Assembly (NCBI GenBank): GCA_047967505.1
Contig: CM106538.1
DNA from: Dipteris shenzhenensis
Lineage: Eukaryota
Direction: 5' to 3' (one strand)
DNA length: 64,000 bases
Part shown: positions 1 to 11,185 of the stretch, piece after piece
How the letters are laid out: each line of letters begins with the position of its first letter
Position numbering within the stretch: the first letter of the stretch is position 1
The notes under the pieces: model-generated
Told to the model about the DNA's origin: nothing
Databases searched by the model: none
The model's input: only the letters and a program-made list of their open reading frames with translations
Made by a program: the position numbers and the translations under genes

Positions 1-1276
1 AAATTTCACATTTTATAGTAGTGATGTCTTCAGTAAAACTCTCTTTCACTATGATATTGTCAAAAATTGAAAGTCTTTGAATTTTCAAGTTTAATGATCT
101 TTAAAGTCATGCATATCTATTTTGAAGATTGAAACCATGTATCTTACCCTTACACAACAATTTACAAGATGTTGGCAAGTTTTTGATATAAATTTTGATG
201 CAATTTGTGAAGAAGTAATTTTGCTCCTAGCTGGGGAAACATCAGCATTGATTTCAATATTTCCATCCATATAGGACCATCAATATAAATGTCACTTCTT
301 GATGCCATGTTAACAAATACCTCGTTGGTATTAATCTTCCATCAACATTAAATGCTCTGAGCACAGTAGTAGAGAACAAAGGTTGAAGGTACAGCATAGG
401 TCATGGCTTGAAAACCCAAGAACATGTTCTATGTACAAGGCTCACATTAGGAGGCAGCATGGCAGATCAAGGAGCTAAAGCTAAAGGACTTAATAAAAGC
501 ATAAGTTATAGTAAAAGCATGGGAGTTTACCAATAAGAACCCTTAATCAAGAAATAAGATAACTTCAAGATAAGGGAAGGGCATAAACTGAAAAATCTTC
601 TTCCTAAAGGTGCAAATAAGGAGTACTAGTGTCGTCCCTATGACAAAATAAATAACAACAAAACAATTAGCTCTATGCCTGAACTAATTGCCAAGATCCA
701 AAACAATGCTTAATACAAGATCTTTACATTACACGCACCTTTATTAGTGTGTGCATGTGTGGGGGGGCAAGGGGAGCACGTGAATGCACAGGTAAGAGTG
801 CGTGAACGCACAAGTGCATGCATGTGTGTGTGCATGGGCACATGAGTGTATGTTAAGTTTATCCTAAAATGTAAATAAAATTACTTTACGTTCAGATTGG
901 ATATAAATAGGTGGTATCAAAGAACCCAAAAAGATATAATTGGGAACATCACTTGTTGATGATAGCATGGGTTCTTCTTTTTTAATGAGAATTTTCCATA
1001 CAAAGTTTAGGTTAAATCCACTTGATACATAAAAATAGAAACAAAATTGCAATCGCTTACCTTAAAAGAAGTTTATTTTCACTAAAAAATGTAGAGGTGG
1101 TGTCCCAGTGACCATTATGTAAGTTACAGGCTTTATTAGCACTTCCGAGGGGAAGCTCTAGCAAATACTTCTTAGTGCGATTTTATAACATTATTAAGGA
1201 CTGCTTATGTTGAACTAAAACACAGAGTGCTACACAGCAAATGTGCTCCCTTGTTTAGTGCGAGTGCATTACATGT

Positions 1277-2227
1277 TCAAACTGCTTGCACTATTTGGCT
1301 CTGAATGTTGGCATGCTGTGACCACCATTGCTCAATGCCGTGCGCTTTGGAGACTGAACGATCAGCAACGTGCAAGTGAGCACAAGGGAAGAGATGGAAA
1401 GGTTGGGACCCCGTCTTCTGTAAGATGGAGGCTACCAGGGCTCGCAAAATGTGGGGTGGCACTAATCGTCGAGAAGTAGCTACATGCGGAGCCATAAGCC
1501 CTGCTATCCCGCCCAAAATGGTGTCCCCGAGATGGGAGTTGCCGAAGTAGCCGATATAAGAAGAACATATCGGATCCTTTTTGTTTACGTAAAGATGCGG
1601 CTGCCAGTTCTTCAAAGCCAGGAAGTCGTCTTGTGTCTTCTTTAACCTTTCTTCCTTGTCGTGAAGCAGGCCCGCGATCATGTGAGCTCCACGACCGCCC
1701 TGTGCATAGCTTTCATTACGAAGTCGTCGTAGGCCAAGAAAGAGGGGAATGGCGGATTGAAGACGTGAGCATGGATGTAGAGTCCACGTTGCGCTAAATC
1801 CCGCCCTGCGAGTAAGATTATCGCAGCTCCCAGCGAGTGTCCTGTGACCCACGCTTGGCGCACACCATACTTCTTTATAGCTTGCCCGATTCCCATGAGA
1901 GAAGCCAAGTATCTGGGCTTGGTGTGGAGTTCCATCATCATCAAGAAGGCATCGTCCCTAAGATCGGAAATGTCGTTCAGGTTTGTTCCTCTGAACGCTA
2001 CGACCACCTCCGGAGCTGCTGGAGGCCTCGGCACCGGTGCATCCCTCGTCCATTCGAAGACTGCTCCCACCATATAATCTCGGCCCGGCGATAATGGAAC
2101 GGATACAACCAGTGATCACAAGTTAATGGGATGGAGTCCGCCAGTAGCAGGCGGGCATCGTTAGCCAGGTCATAAACGGCTTGGACAAAGTAAGCCATGG
2201 CTGCAGAAATACAATTGGGACGGGACC
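1277..2227 (-). pseudogene. Class-3 lipase (alpha/beta hydrolase, At4g10955-like), two frameshifts
   Basis: Motifs AYFVQAVYDL, VVVAFRGT, WVTGHSLGAA (GxSxG), HVFNPPF, WQPHLYVNKKDPICSSYIGYF and AHGIEQWW are spread over three different minus-strand frames (ORFs 1998-2357, 1678-2073, 1277-1852). Splice acceptor TTTCTGCAG lies just 5' of 2227; a first exon further upstream was not securely placed. Confidence 0.85.
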
Positions 2228-3228
2228 TGCAGAAACAACGTGAATTGTGATTTCTGACGTCGAATTGGATGAAATACTTTCGTGTACACACAATGCACGT
2301 AATAACAATGATAAGTAGTATAATGTTAAGCCTGTCGTCGCAAGGACGACAAAACATAAGCGACAGAGGTGGCTGCGAGCAGCATCAAAAGACGTAAATA
2401 CAACAGAATTGGCTACAGGCTCCAATAATTGAAGAAAGACACTATATTATCGTAGATGTATCTCGCCCGTAAAGATGAGACACACTAGAGTTTGTGAGTC
2501 TGTATGAGTGAAGCGCTCAAGAAGGCAAGGAAATTATGCGAGCCGAGTTCTGGAAGTGAAATATCACCACGGCGGCAAAGAATCTGCGGAGGTCGACATT
2601 CTGACAACAGTGCTCGATCCAACCGCCACCCAACAAAGGCCGAAGGCCTAAGGTAGCTTGCCGACTGCGCCTGTGCCTTCAACATCTACATTTCACCTCG
2701 TATATATAGCACAAACAAACAATATTATTGTCCGGAGCGCGGCAGGTGCTCACACAACGATGGAGCAGTGCCAGCACTTGTTAAGGGTCCCATCACATGA
2801 GTGGACATCGGATGGGATGAAGAGTAATTTCACGTGTTTCCTCGGGTAGGATTAAACAAACTAAGTACACAATGCGCATTGCAAACCCATTCTAATCCTC
2901 TCAAGTCGTTTCCTTAATTTTTAGGAATCAAGATCCTCTCAACCCTCTCACTTCCGAATCTGCAAATGAAACTTCCCAACTTCCAAGTTGCTATTAAGTC
3001 AGAATGTCAAGCTGGCCTCTTAATGTAAATCCCATATTATTGTCCTCACCCTCCGATTGATTTCAATAATCAAGGAAAGCTCGTGGGGTTGACCCTTTCC
3101 AATATCAAAGAGGCTCAATATTGCCACCTCCGGGAAGAGCCTCCCAAGGACATTTCCCTCCACTCATTTTACGTAGTGCATGTGCTAAAAGCTCTCTTTT
3201 CAATCAATAGTTTCCATACATTCAAGAG

Positions 3229-3386
3229 GTTTGAAAACATAAAGACTATAGGAGGGAAGGCATTTACAATTAAAAAGCAACCCACCTTCCAAGCTCCAAG
3301 CTTAGTGTTTGAAAACATAAAGACTATAGTAGGGAAGGCATTTACAATTAAAAAGCAACCCACCTTTCAAGCTCCAAGCTTAGTGG
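3229..3386. repeat. 78-bp tandem duplication
   Basis: GTTTGAAAACATAAAGACTATA...CAAGCTCCAAGCTTAGTG starts at 3229 and again at 3307. Confidence 0.9.
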
Positions 3387-4345
3387 TATGGATATGGAAT
3401 CTTGACAATAATTGAGCTTTTCTTGTCACTATGCCTTAGCCAACCCACGAGGGTTCCCAAGAATAAACTCTCTCATCATCAACTCTCTATCAAAACGAGT
3501 ACGTTCCTCATATCATTTTGATTTTCATTAGCATGTACAATAAGTCTATTATGAGTCAAGTCTATGTTTTCTCTGCTCTCTCAATTTTGTTAAGTAGCCA
3601 ATCAACATGAATATCCTTTGGAAGTTCTCTTAGATGCTCAAGGTATGACACACGAGATCCATGATGGTATGAAAGAGGGCCCTTTCTCCTTATCTTCTTG
3701 CCTTTGCATCCTCATATCTTGTCACCCATCTTTTCATCACATCACTATTAAGCATGCAATAGAGGTTTAGATTATTAAGCAAATCCCTGTCCATTACTTT
3801 GCTCCGTCCTTTCCCTTGAGGCACAATAGAGGTCATCCTTAGGTCTTCTTCATCTCTCCATTGTCGTGGGAGAGAGCTATCCATATCAACCACAACAACA
3901 CAAAGCAACTATAGACGCGCTTGGTAGATGCGCAAAATAGCGGGCGCGTCTATAGGCATTGCTCTAGTAGGAAAATTACGGGCGCGTCTATAGGCGTGGC
4001 TAAATGCTCGTCTATTTGCACGTAAATCACCGCGTTTATTTGCGCGTTAGACCTGAGAAAATACGGGCCCGTCTAACACCCCGTTTATTAGCGCGTCTAT
4101 TTGCGCGTGTATTTGTACGTTTATTTGCGCGTTTACACTGAGAATCAGACGCGCATTTAGACGCGTAAATAGACGCGCTCCAGAGAATACAGAAAGTGAG
4201 ATTTTGGTGTACATCATTGCTTTCCAAACATTGCCCATGATTACCAAAGCACATAATTTTTTGCAAGCCCACATATACAAGAATTAAGGGAAATGAGGAG
4301 AATGAGACAATATGTAAAATAGTTTTACCAATATCAATTGTGGGG

Positions 4346-7300
4346 CTACGGTTCAATCTCATCCTCAATGAGATCAACCCTTGCCAAACTATCTACTTCA
4401 AAATCCAAACAAGTGTTTAGATCTACAAATACATTCAACCCACTACTACTTGTGTCACTCATGTGCTCATCGAAATCAAGATCTCCAATGGTAGGCTCGT
4501 CCTCACGGGTAATGCCGGCCTCAATATCTATATCTCCTATCTCATGATCATCCTCCTCTCTTGTATCACGGTCATCATCACGTCCATGGCCATGATCATC
4601 CTCCATACGCTCCATATTAGTAAATGTACTATACATCACTTTGGAACGTGGCATAATAGGTATGACATGCCACCACCTATTATTATCCACCATTGGTTGA
4701 TAGACAACCTAATTCAAACACAAATACAATCATGTTACTTTTCTTGCATCAAATATTTAAAAGCGAGTATTTTTATGTGTGTGCACCTGTTCACATTGTT
4801 GCGGTAGTATTAGTGTGTCCTTCCTACTTTGCCAAAACTTTGTGGAGTCAATAGTTACAAAGCCACTTGCATGGCGTTTGATTGTTGCATTAGGGCCTCT
4901 TTCCACCACGTCCTTAAACCACTTTACATCCAAAACATACACAAAGAAGCGTTTAAAGTCAAGCATAATGATATCTTGGATTATGCCACAATAATCATCC
5001 ATGGCTCCATTGGCTCCCTCAAAGCTAGCAATGACGCCGCAATCTTGTGTGTTTCTCTTATCATCAATCCGTTGTGTTCGAAAATGCTTGCCCTCACACC
5101 ATATAGCATTGAACATAGTGCACTACACCAAGAAAAAATCAATTAAATAAGCAATCTAAATTATAAAAACCTCCTAACTTATGCATAACATTCTATATAC
5201 CGACCTTGCTCATGCATCCCCTAGCATACTCCCATTCTTCCATTGTGATATGCATCCCCTCGTCTTTCTCTGCTTTCTCCATTTCATCAAGTAGCCAATC
5301 CACATGAATATCCTTTGGAAGTGCTCTTAGACGCTGAGGGTATGGCACACGAGATCCGTGGTGTGTACAAACGAGGGCCCTTTCTTCTTGTCTTCTTGCC
5401 TTTGCATCCTCGTATCTTGTCACCCATCTTTTCATCACATCACTATTAAGCACGCAAAAGAGGTTGATACTATTACGCAACTCCATGTCTATTACTTTGT
5501 TGCATCCTTTTCCTTGAGGCACAATAGAGGTCATCCTTAGGTCTTCATCATCTCTCCATAGTCGTGGGAGAGAGCTATCCACATCAACAAGAAACTCAGA
5601 AATATATACAAGTGACTCTTGTACCAACCAACCCTCAGCCATGCTACCTTCGGGTCTTGCATTTTGTCTCACGAAGCCCTTCAACGTCTTCATGAAGCGC
5701 TCGAGGAAAAACAACCATCGTGCATGTATAGTACCGCATATAGCAATCTCATCCACCAAATGTACTATGAGATGTAGTTGGCTTGTGAGAATAGAACGTG
5801 GAAATGTCTCCTCCACTAAACAAACCGCCTCCACTGACATAACTCGAGCATTCTCAAGCGTGGTGGGGTCTATTTCCTTTGAGCTCACATACCTCACAAG
5901 CTCGCCCATCTTGTAAATACAATCTTTCACGTCCTTTGATGCACTACGTGAAATGCTAGTAGGTAGTATGAACTGAACCCGCGAGGAGGTGGTTGATTAG
6001 TTCCTTATAGCTATTCACTCACAAATTTGAAAGGAAAAAGATATTATGCATATAAAATACTTACTTGGAGCATCTTGTGCCAATCATGAGATTTCAAGCC
6101 ATATAATTGCTCTACACCTCTTTTCTTGCTCTTTGTAAAGGCTCCCTTCAAACACCTCATGCATCCAGTGGGAGTACGAATTGTAGTAATAGCGCGCTTC
6201 ACCGTCGCCATCTCTAGCTTTGATAACATCCACGGTGCATGAGGTAAAAAAACATGCCCATTTGGTCTCTCTTGAGGCCAAGCTTCACGCATCCTCCCTG
6301 TGGTACGTAGATCCTCCCTTATGCCTGCCGAATCTCGTGTCCCATTCAAATGCTCCCAAATGGTAGATGCCACATTCTTGAAGATATGCATGGGATCGAG
6401 CAGGTGATTGATCTTGAGGTGGGACCAATATGGTAAACGATAAAAGATGGAGTATCTAAACAAAATAAAGTGTTAGCGTGCAATCTTACTTTCAACTAAT
6501 ATAGCCAATCTTTACTTCCAGCCAATAGTTACAAACCCTTACCGGCTCATGCCAAGTGGTGGAGGAGTCGTGGAACCGTCCCAAATTCTCATCCAATCTC
6601 CCGCGGTGAGTGATTGTGGGAGGACTTCATTCCAAGGGGCAACATACCTAGGATGATCAGGTGGGAGAAATTGATGGTGATTCTCATAGATGACCTTATT
6701 CAATGCGTCTGCCCGTGAGGCAACTAGCGAAGGACCACAAACAGGACATGCATGGTAACCCGATGTAGTGAGACCTGAACAATAGATGCAATTAAGAGTG
6801 GAAGGTGGGTTTAGGGTGCCACGTCCTTTGCCTATTCATAATTAAAAAATGCAATGCTTACCTGAACACTCGCCATAGCCTGGGAAGTCATGCATCGTCC
6901 ACATCAAGATTGCTTTGCAGTTGAAGTCTCGTGACGAGGGAGGCCTGCTCATGTCATGCACCTCGATACCTCTCCAAAGTATCTCTAGCTCATCAATCAA
7001 AGGCTCCAAATAAACATCAGGGTTTTTGACTTTATGTTTCCCTGGAATTAGAAGGGACAGCATGACATGTCCTTTCTTAATAGCCATAGAGGGTGGAAGA
7101 TTGTAATTCACCAATACCACTGGCCATACACTGTAAGACGTGCTTTTAAGACCAAATGGGTTCACACCGTCCATACCCAATCCAAGTCTCAAGCTCCTAG
7201 GTTCTTCCTTGAAGCTTGGCCATGTGTCTTCAATATGCTTCCACGCAGGAGAGTCCGCGAGAGTTCTCCACTTGCCATCGGTTGATCGATGGGAGGAATG

Positions 7301-8230
7301 CCATGACATGAGCTCTGCAATAGATTTGCACTTGAACATATGTTGGATGCGAGGGATTATGGGAAAATGTCGCAATACCTTACGAGGCACGTCCAAGGTT
7401 TTGAGATCTGCTCTATATCTTGCCTCTCCACAAGTAGGACACTCTCTTGCATCCTTATGTAGTCCACGAAACAAAACGCAATCGTTGACACATGCATGGA
7501 TGCGCTTGTAATCTAATCCTCCAAGAGAGGTCACATGTTGCCTTGCCATATCTCTTGAGGTCGGTAATTTATTCTCCCTTGGAAGCATTTTACACAATAG
7601 CCTGCACGTGAAGACCATAAATGAGGAAAAGCATTCGAGTAATTGACCCACTAGCATAATTCACCATGTTTGCAAAATCGACTTTAAAGCTTACTTGAGT
7701 AATGCATTCAAACTTGCATTGCTCCATCCATAGATGGTTTGCAAGTTTAGTAACTCAAGGGAGGCACGTAGAACAGAGAATGTGCACCCCTCAAACAGTG
7801 GAGTCGATGCTACGGTAAAAAGATCATCCTGCTCCATGCTATTATCCCTCCCTTGATGGACATATAAATCCCGCACCATATCATCAAACACCTCCTCCTC
7901 CACGGCTTCATGAGGTAATGGTGGAGGGCTACTATCACCATCACTCCATGCATCCGTAACGGTCCCTCCTGAAGATCCCACCTCATATCGCCGACGCTTT
8001 GCCTCCTCACGACGGGCATAGGGTAACATGTGCGGGTGTGGCACTGCATCCTGTATCAAATTAAAACGGGATCATTATAACTCAAACATATGAACACCCA
8101 TAGGTATCTCAATCAACCTTAACTTACAAACCCTTACCCTGTTTACGGTCACATCCCATTCTCCATACTTTGAGATATGATTGAGCGTAATCCTGCGTGC
8201 ACGATACATGTTTCCTCGACATCGATCACA
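4346..8230 (-). pseudogene. Tnp2/TnpD-type transposase (Transposase_21, DUF4218-, DUF4216-like regions), multi-exon, start codon region deleted
   Basis: IHACVNDCVLF..CPTCGEARY, LGLGMDGVNPF, WPVVLVNYNLPP, WTMHDFPGYG, LDPMHIFKNV, GLKSHDWH, HLIVHL..ERFMKTLKGFVRQNARPEGSMAEG, DYCGIIQDI..LDVKWF; GT-AG introns. Compared with copy B, the MSSSSTSS...KIKCL start is missing. Confidence 0.92.
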
Positions 8231-8499
8231 CGGACCCATACACAGTTCCAAGCTTTCACTCAAGACAAAGGGACCATACCTACACAGCTTGCTTCCAAGC
8301 CTAAAGAAGAGGAGGAGTACGAACAAGGAGAAGAAACAAGTTTGGAAAAGAAAGATCCTTCCATACCTTTTTCCAAGTAAGTCCTTTTGAAGTTGTTCTT
8401 GCTTGCTCTTTCCAGTTTTATACTTTCTCGCATCCACGAAACGCAGCATCTAGGTATGAGCGACACATTCTTTTGTCGGGCGGAACGTCCTTTTCGACT

Positions 8500-8860
8500 T
8501 TTTAGTATTCTCGACTGTCGGAGCGCGTGTATAGAGGCGTCTGAGGGCACGTCTAAATGCACGTCTACAAGCGCGTCTATATGCCCGTCTGGGTTGTTAC
8601 AAACACACACAGACGCGTATGTAGACGCTCACACAGACGCTCTGTTAAACGGAGTTTTAAACGAATTGTTAGACGCGCTTTTAGACGCGCTGTTAGATGG
8701 ATGTTTGGACGGACTGTTAGATGCACTGGTAGACGCGCTTTTTAATGCACTGTTAGACGGATTGATGAACGGACTGTTAGACGCGCTTTTACTTGAATTG
8801 TTAAACGCTCTGTTAGATGCGTTTATAGACGCGAAGATTAGACGGGTCTATAGACGCACT
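8500..8860. repeat. Internal cluster of about 12-bp TAGACGCG-type repeats between the two divergent genes of copy A
   Basis: Recurrent TGTTAGACGCGC / TTAGACGG / TAGATGC units, the same core as the subterminal repeats. Confidence 0.8.
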
Positions 8861-8952
8861 CTGACAGAGCCTCTTTTTTTTTTCCCCTTTTTTTTTTCCC
8901 TTTCTTCTCAGCTCCCAAAGTAATAGATTTGTTTATTTTTTTCCAGTTTAAC

Positions 8953-10560
8953 ATGTGGGGAGGAAGTGCTTCTAGCTCACCTGATCCGCGGGAATCGATA
9001 TGGAAGGATTTATATAACATTTTAGGGCACCCTCCTAGTCCTGCGGAGTTATACGGGTACATGACGGGTACCCTTAACACTCCCCAGGAGTCGGCACTAC
9101 AGACTCCGAGCCACCCCACACTGCCTGAGATCACCCCAACGGAGTCCGCACAGCCGTCTTATGCCCCTTCTTATGCCCCTTCCCCTGTACCGTCTTATGC
9201 CCCTTCCCCCATGCCGTCTTATGTCCCTTCTGCCATCCCATCTTATGCCCCTTCCCCCATGCCGTCAGGAGGTCCTTCTACCTCGACGAGCCATCGACGT
9301 ACTCCCCAGCCGTCGAGACTCGGTTCTCTAGCTACGAGTGGTCAGCGTAGTCCCGTGCAGTCCCCAGCTACGAGTGGCCAGTGTACGAGCTCGACACGAC
9401 AGGGTGGCAGGCGTAGTAGCAGGGAGAGCGGTGGCGGATGCATGGCACAGTGCTTTGGGCCATGTGGCGGTGAGGAGGATGATGATTCAGATGATTTAGA
9501 TGTGCCTCTGGGTGATGGTACGATTTATTATGACATCACTCAGACAGGAGGCATCTTGATGGATGCGCTGCATGGCACAGTGCTTTGGGCCATGTGGCGG
9601 TGAGGAGGAGGATGATTCAGATGATTTAGATGTGCCTCTGGGTGATGGTACGATTTATTATGACATCACTCAGACAGGAGGCATCTTGATGGATGTGCGG
9701 GGGAAGGACATCATGGCCTTCATGCGCTCTGTAATTGCTAACAATTACAGAGATTGCTTTATCCACTATAAAGACCACCCAAAGAGGTTGGCTGATGAGA
9801 CCCTCGCTACTGTTCGCTCTAGGTATCCTAACCCCCCCAATCGCCAGTTCACAGATAAATGGGGGAAGTCAAAGATTGTTACGATACTTAGCAATAAAAG
9901 ATCTTCCCTTAAGAGGCAGGCACTAGCGGAGCTTGCCAGACTTGAGGCAGGTCAACCTCCAAGGGGCCCGCCCCACACCGCTCAAAAGCGTGAGTGGAAG
10001 AAGGCAATGAAGTCAGCGAGGGAGGAGCCCAGTCTGCAGCACGTGGAGGCACGGAGGATCCAGATGGAAGAATATGGGAGCGCGCATTTTAGAGCAGGGG
10101 GTGTTGAATCATGGGAGGCCCAATTTGTAAGTATCGATCTCAAATTATATTGCTTATGTAGTTTATTAGGAGGTTGGTTGTTTCTTTGTACTAATCCCTC
10201 CACAAAGTGTATCGCGGTCATGCAGCTTGAGATCGTGGGCAGATACCCTACTCCAGTGGAGACAGCCTACCACCGCCACCATCGCAGAGGAGATACATGG
10301 AGGCACTTCTATGATGACGGGTTGATTACTGAGGAGCAGTATATCCGAGCTACTGGACAGGCCCCCCAGGTATTTGAAAGTAATTAAATAATGCCAAAAT
10401 TATAAGTAAAGATTTGATTTTTCATACATTGATATATGTTGTCCCTTGTTTACAGGCCGCCCCTGCACAAGACGATGAGGAAGACGAGGAAGGAGGTGCA
10501 GAAGGGAGCGCAGAAGGCAGCGCAGAAGGGAGCGTGAAAGGCAGTGAGGATTAGTCGTAG
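8953..10560 (+). pseudogene. Second (TnpA/Transposase_24-like) gene of copy A, frameshifted by a 130-bp tandem duplication
   Basis: ORFs 8929-9603 and 9563-10387; 9439-9568 is repeated at 9569-9698. REWKKAM..ARRIQ..AHF.AGG..GRYPTPVE resembles the plant En/Spm Transposase_24 pattern (by eye). Homologues occur in the other two copies. Confidence 0.7.
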
Positions 10561-11185
10561 AAGTAGTGCTACTATTCTTTTTTGTACTTAAAGCCATTGG
10601 CTTGGCTTCGTGCCTCTTGTATATAGACTCCTCTTATTTTTTGTACTTGAAGCCACATGACATGGCTTAGCTTCCTTATTTTTTGTACTTGGAGCCACAT
10701 GACGTGGCTTAGCTTCGTGCTATATGTATATACAAGCACTTTTTGAGCTTTCAATTTTATTGCGTTTTGGAGTTGTAATATTTTATTTGGAATTGTAATT
10801 AAAATGCGGTTGGCTGTAAGAATTGAATTACAGAATGTGGATATGGGATTCTTGTAACTATATAGCATACACAACATACACAGTATTCTGTAAAATTTAA
10901 AAAAAAAAAAAGGTGCGTCTATCAGTGCGTTTAAAAACGTGTTTATATTCGTGTCTGTCTATTCGATTTGCGTCTATACGTGTGTCTATGAAAGCGTTTA
11001 TAAGCGCATCTATTTACGCGTGTCTGTGTGCGTCTATACGCGCATAAGTCTGATATATAGATGCGCAATTAGACGCGGGTCTCCTGATGCACAAATAGAT
11101 GCGCAAATAGACGCGCCCGTAAGTTTTTTATTTAGTTCATGAAACGCGTCTGTGCGCACGTCTATGGGTGCTTTGTCTTGTTGTG

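Larger units (their letters stand above)
3891..11185 (-). mobile_element. En/Spm (CACTA-superfamily) DNA transposon, copy A, 7295 bp, CACAA termini, TSD AAC
   Basis: 27-bp TIRs CACAACAACACAAAGCAACTATAGACG (3891-3917) and the reverse complement of 11159-11185, 3 mismatches. AAC at 3888-3890 and 11186-11188. Subterminal TAGACGCG/CGCGTCTA repeats. Contains a Tnp2-type transposase gene. Confidence 0.95.

Noticed and set aside
1-3560. Possible decayed LINE fragments at about 1-700 and 2880-3540
   Set aside because: Only faint minus-strand resemblance with many stops; no motif I could support without a profile search.
8387-8923. 178-aa ORF with LLDALLDG repeats
   Set aside because: Translation of the 12-bp TAGACGCG repeat cluster; largely deleted in copy B.
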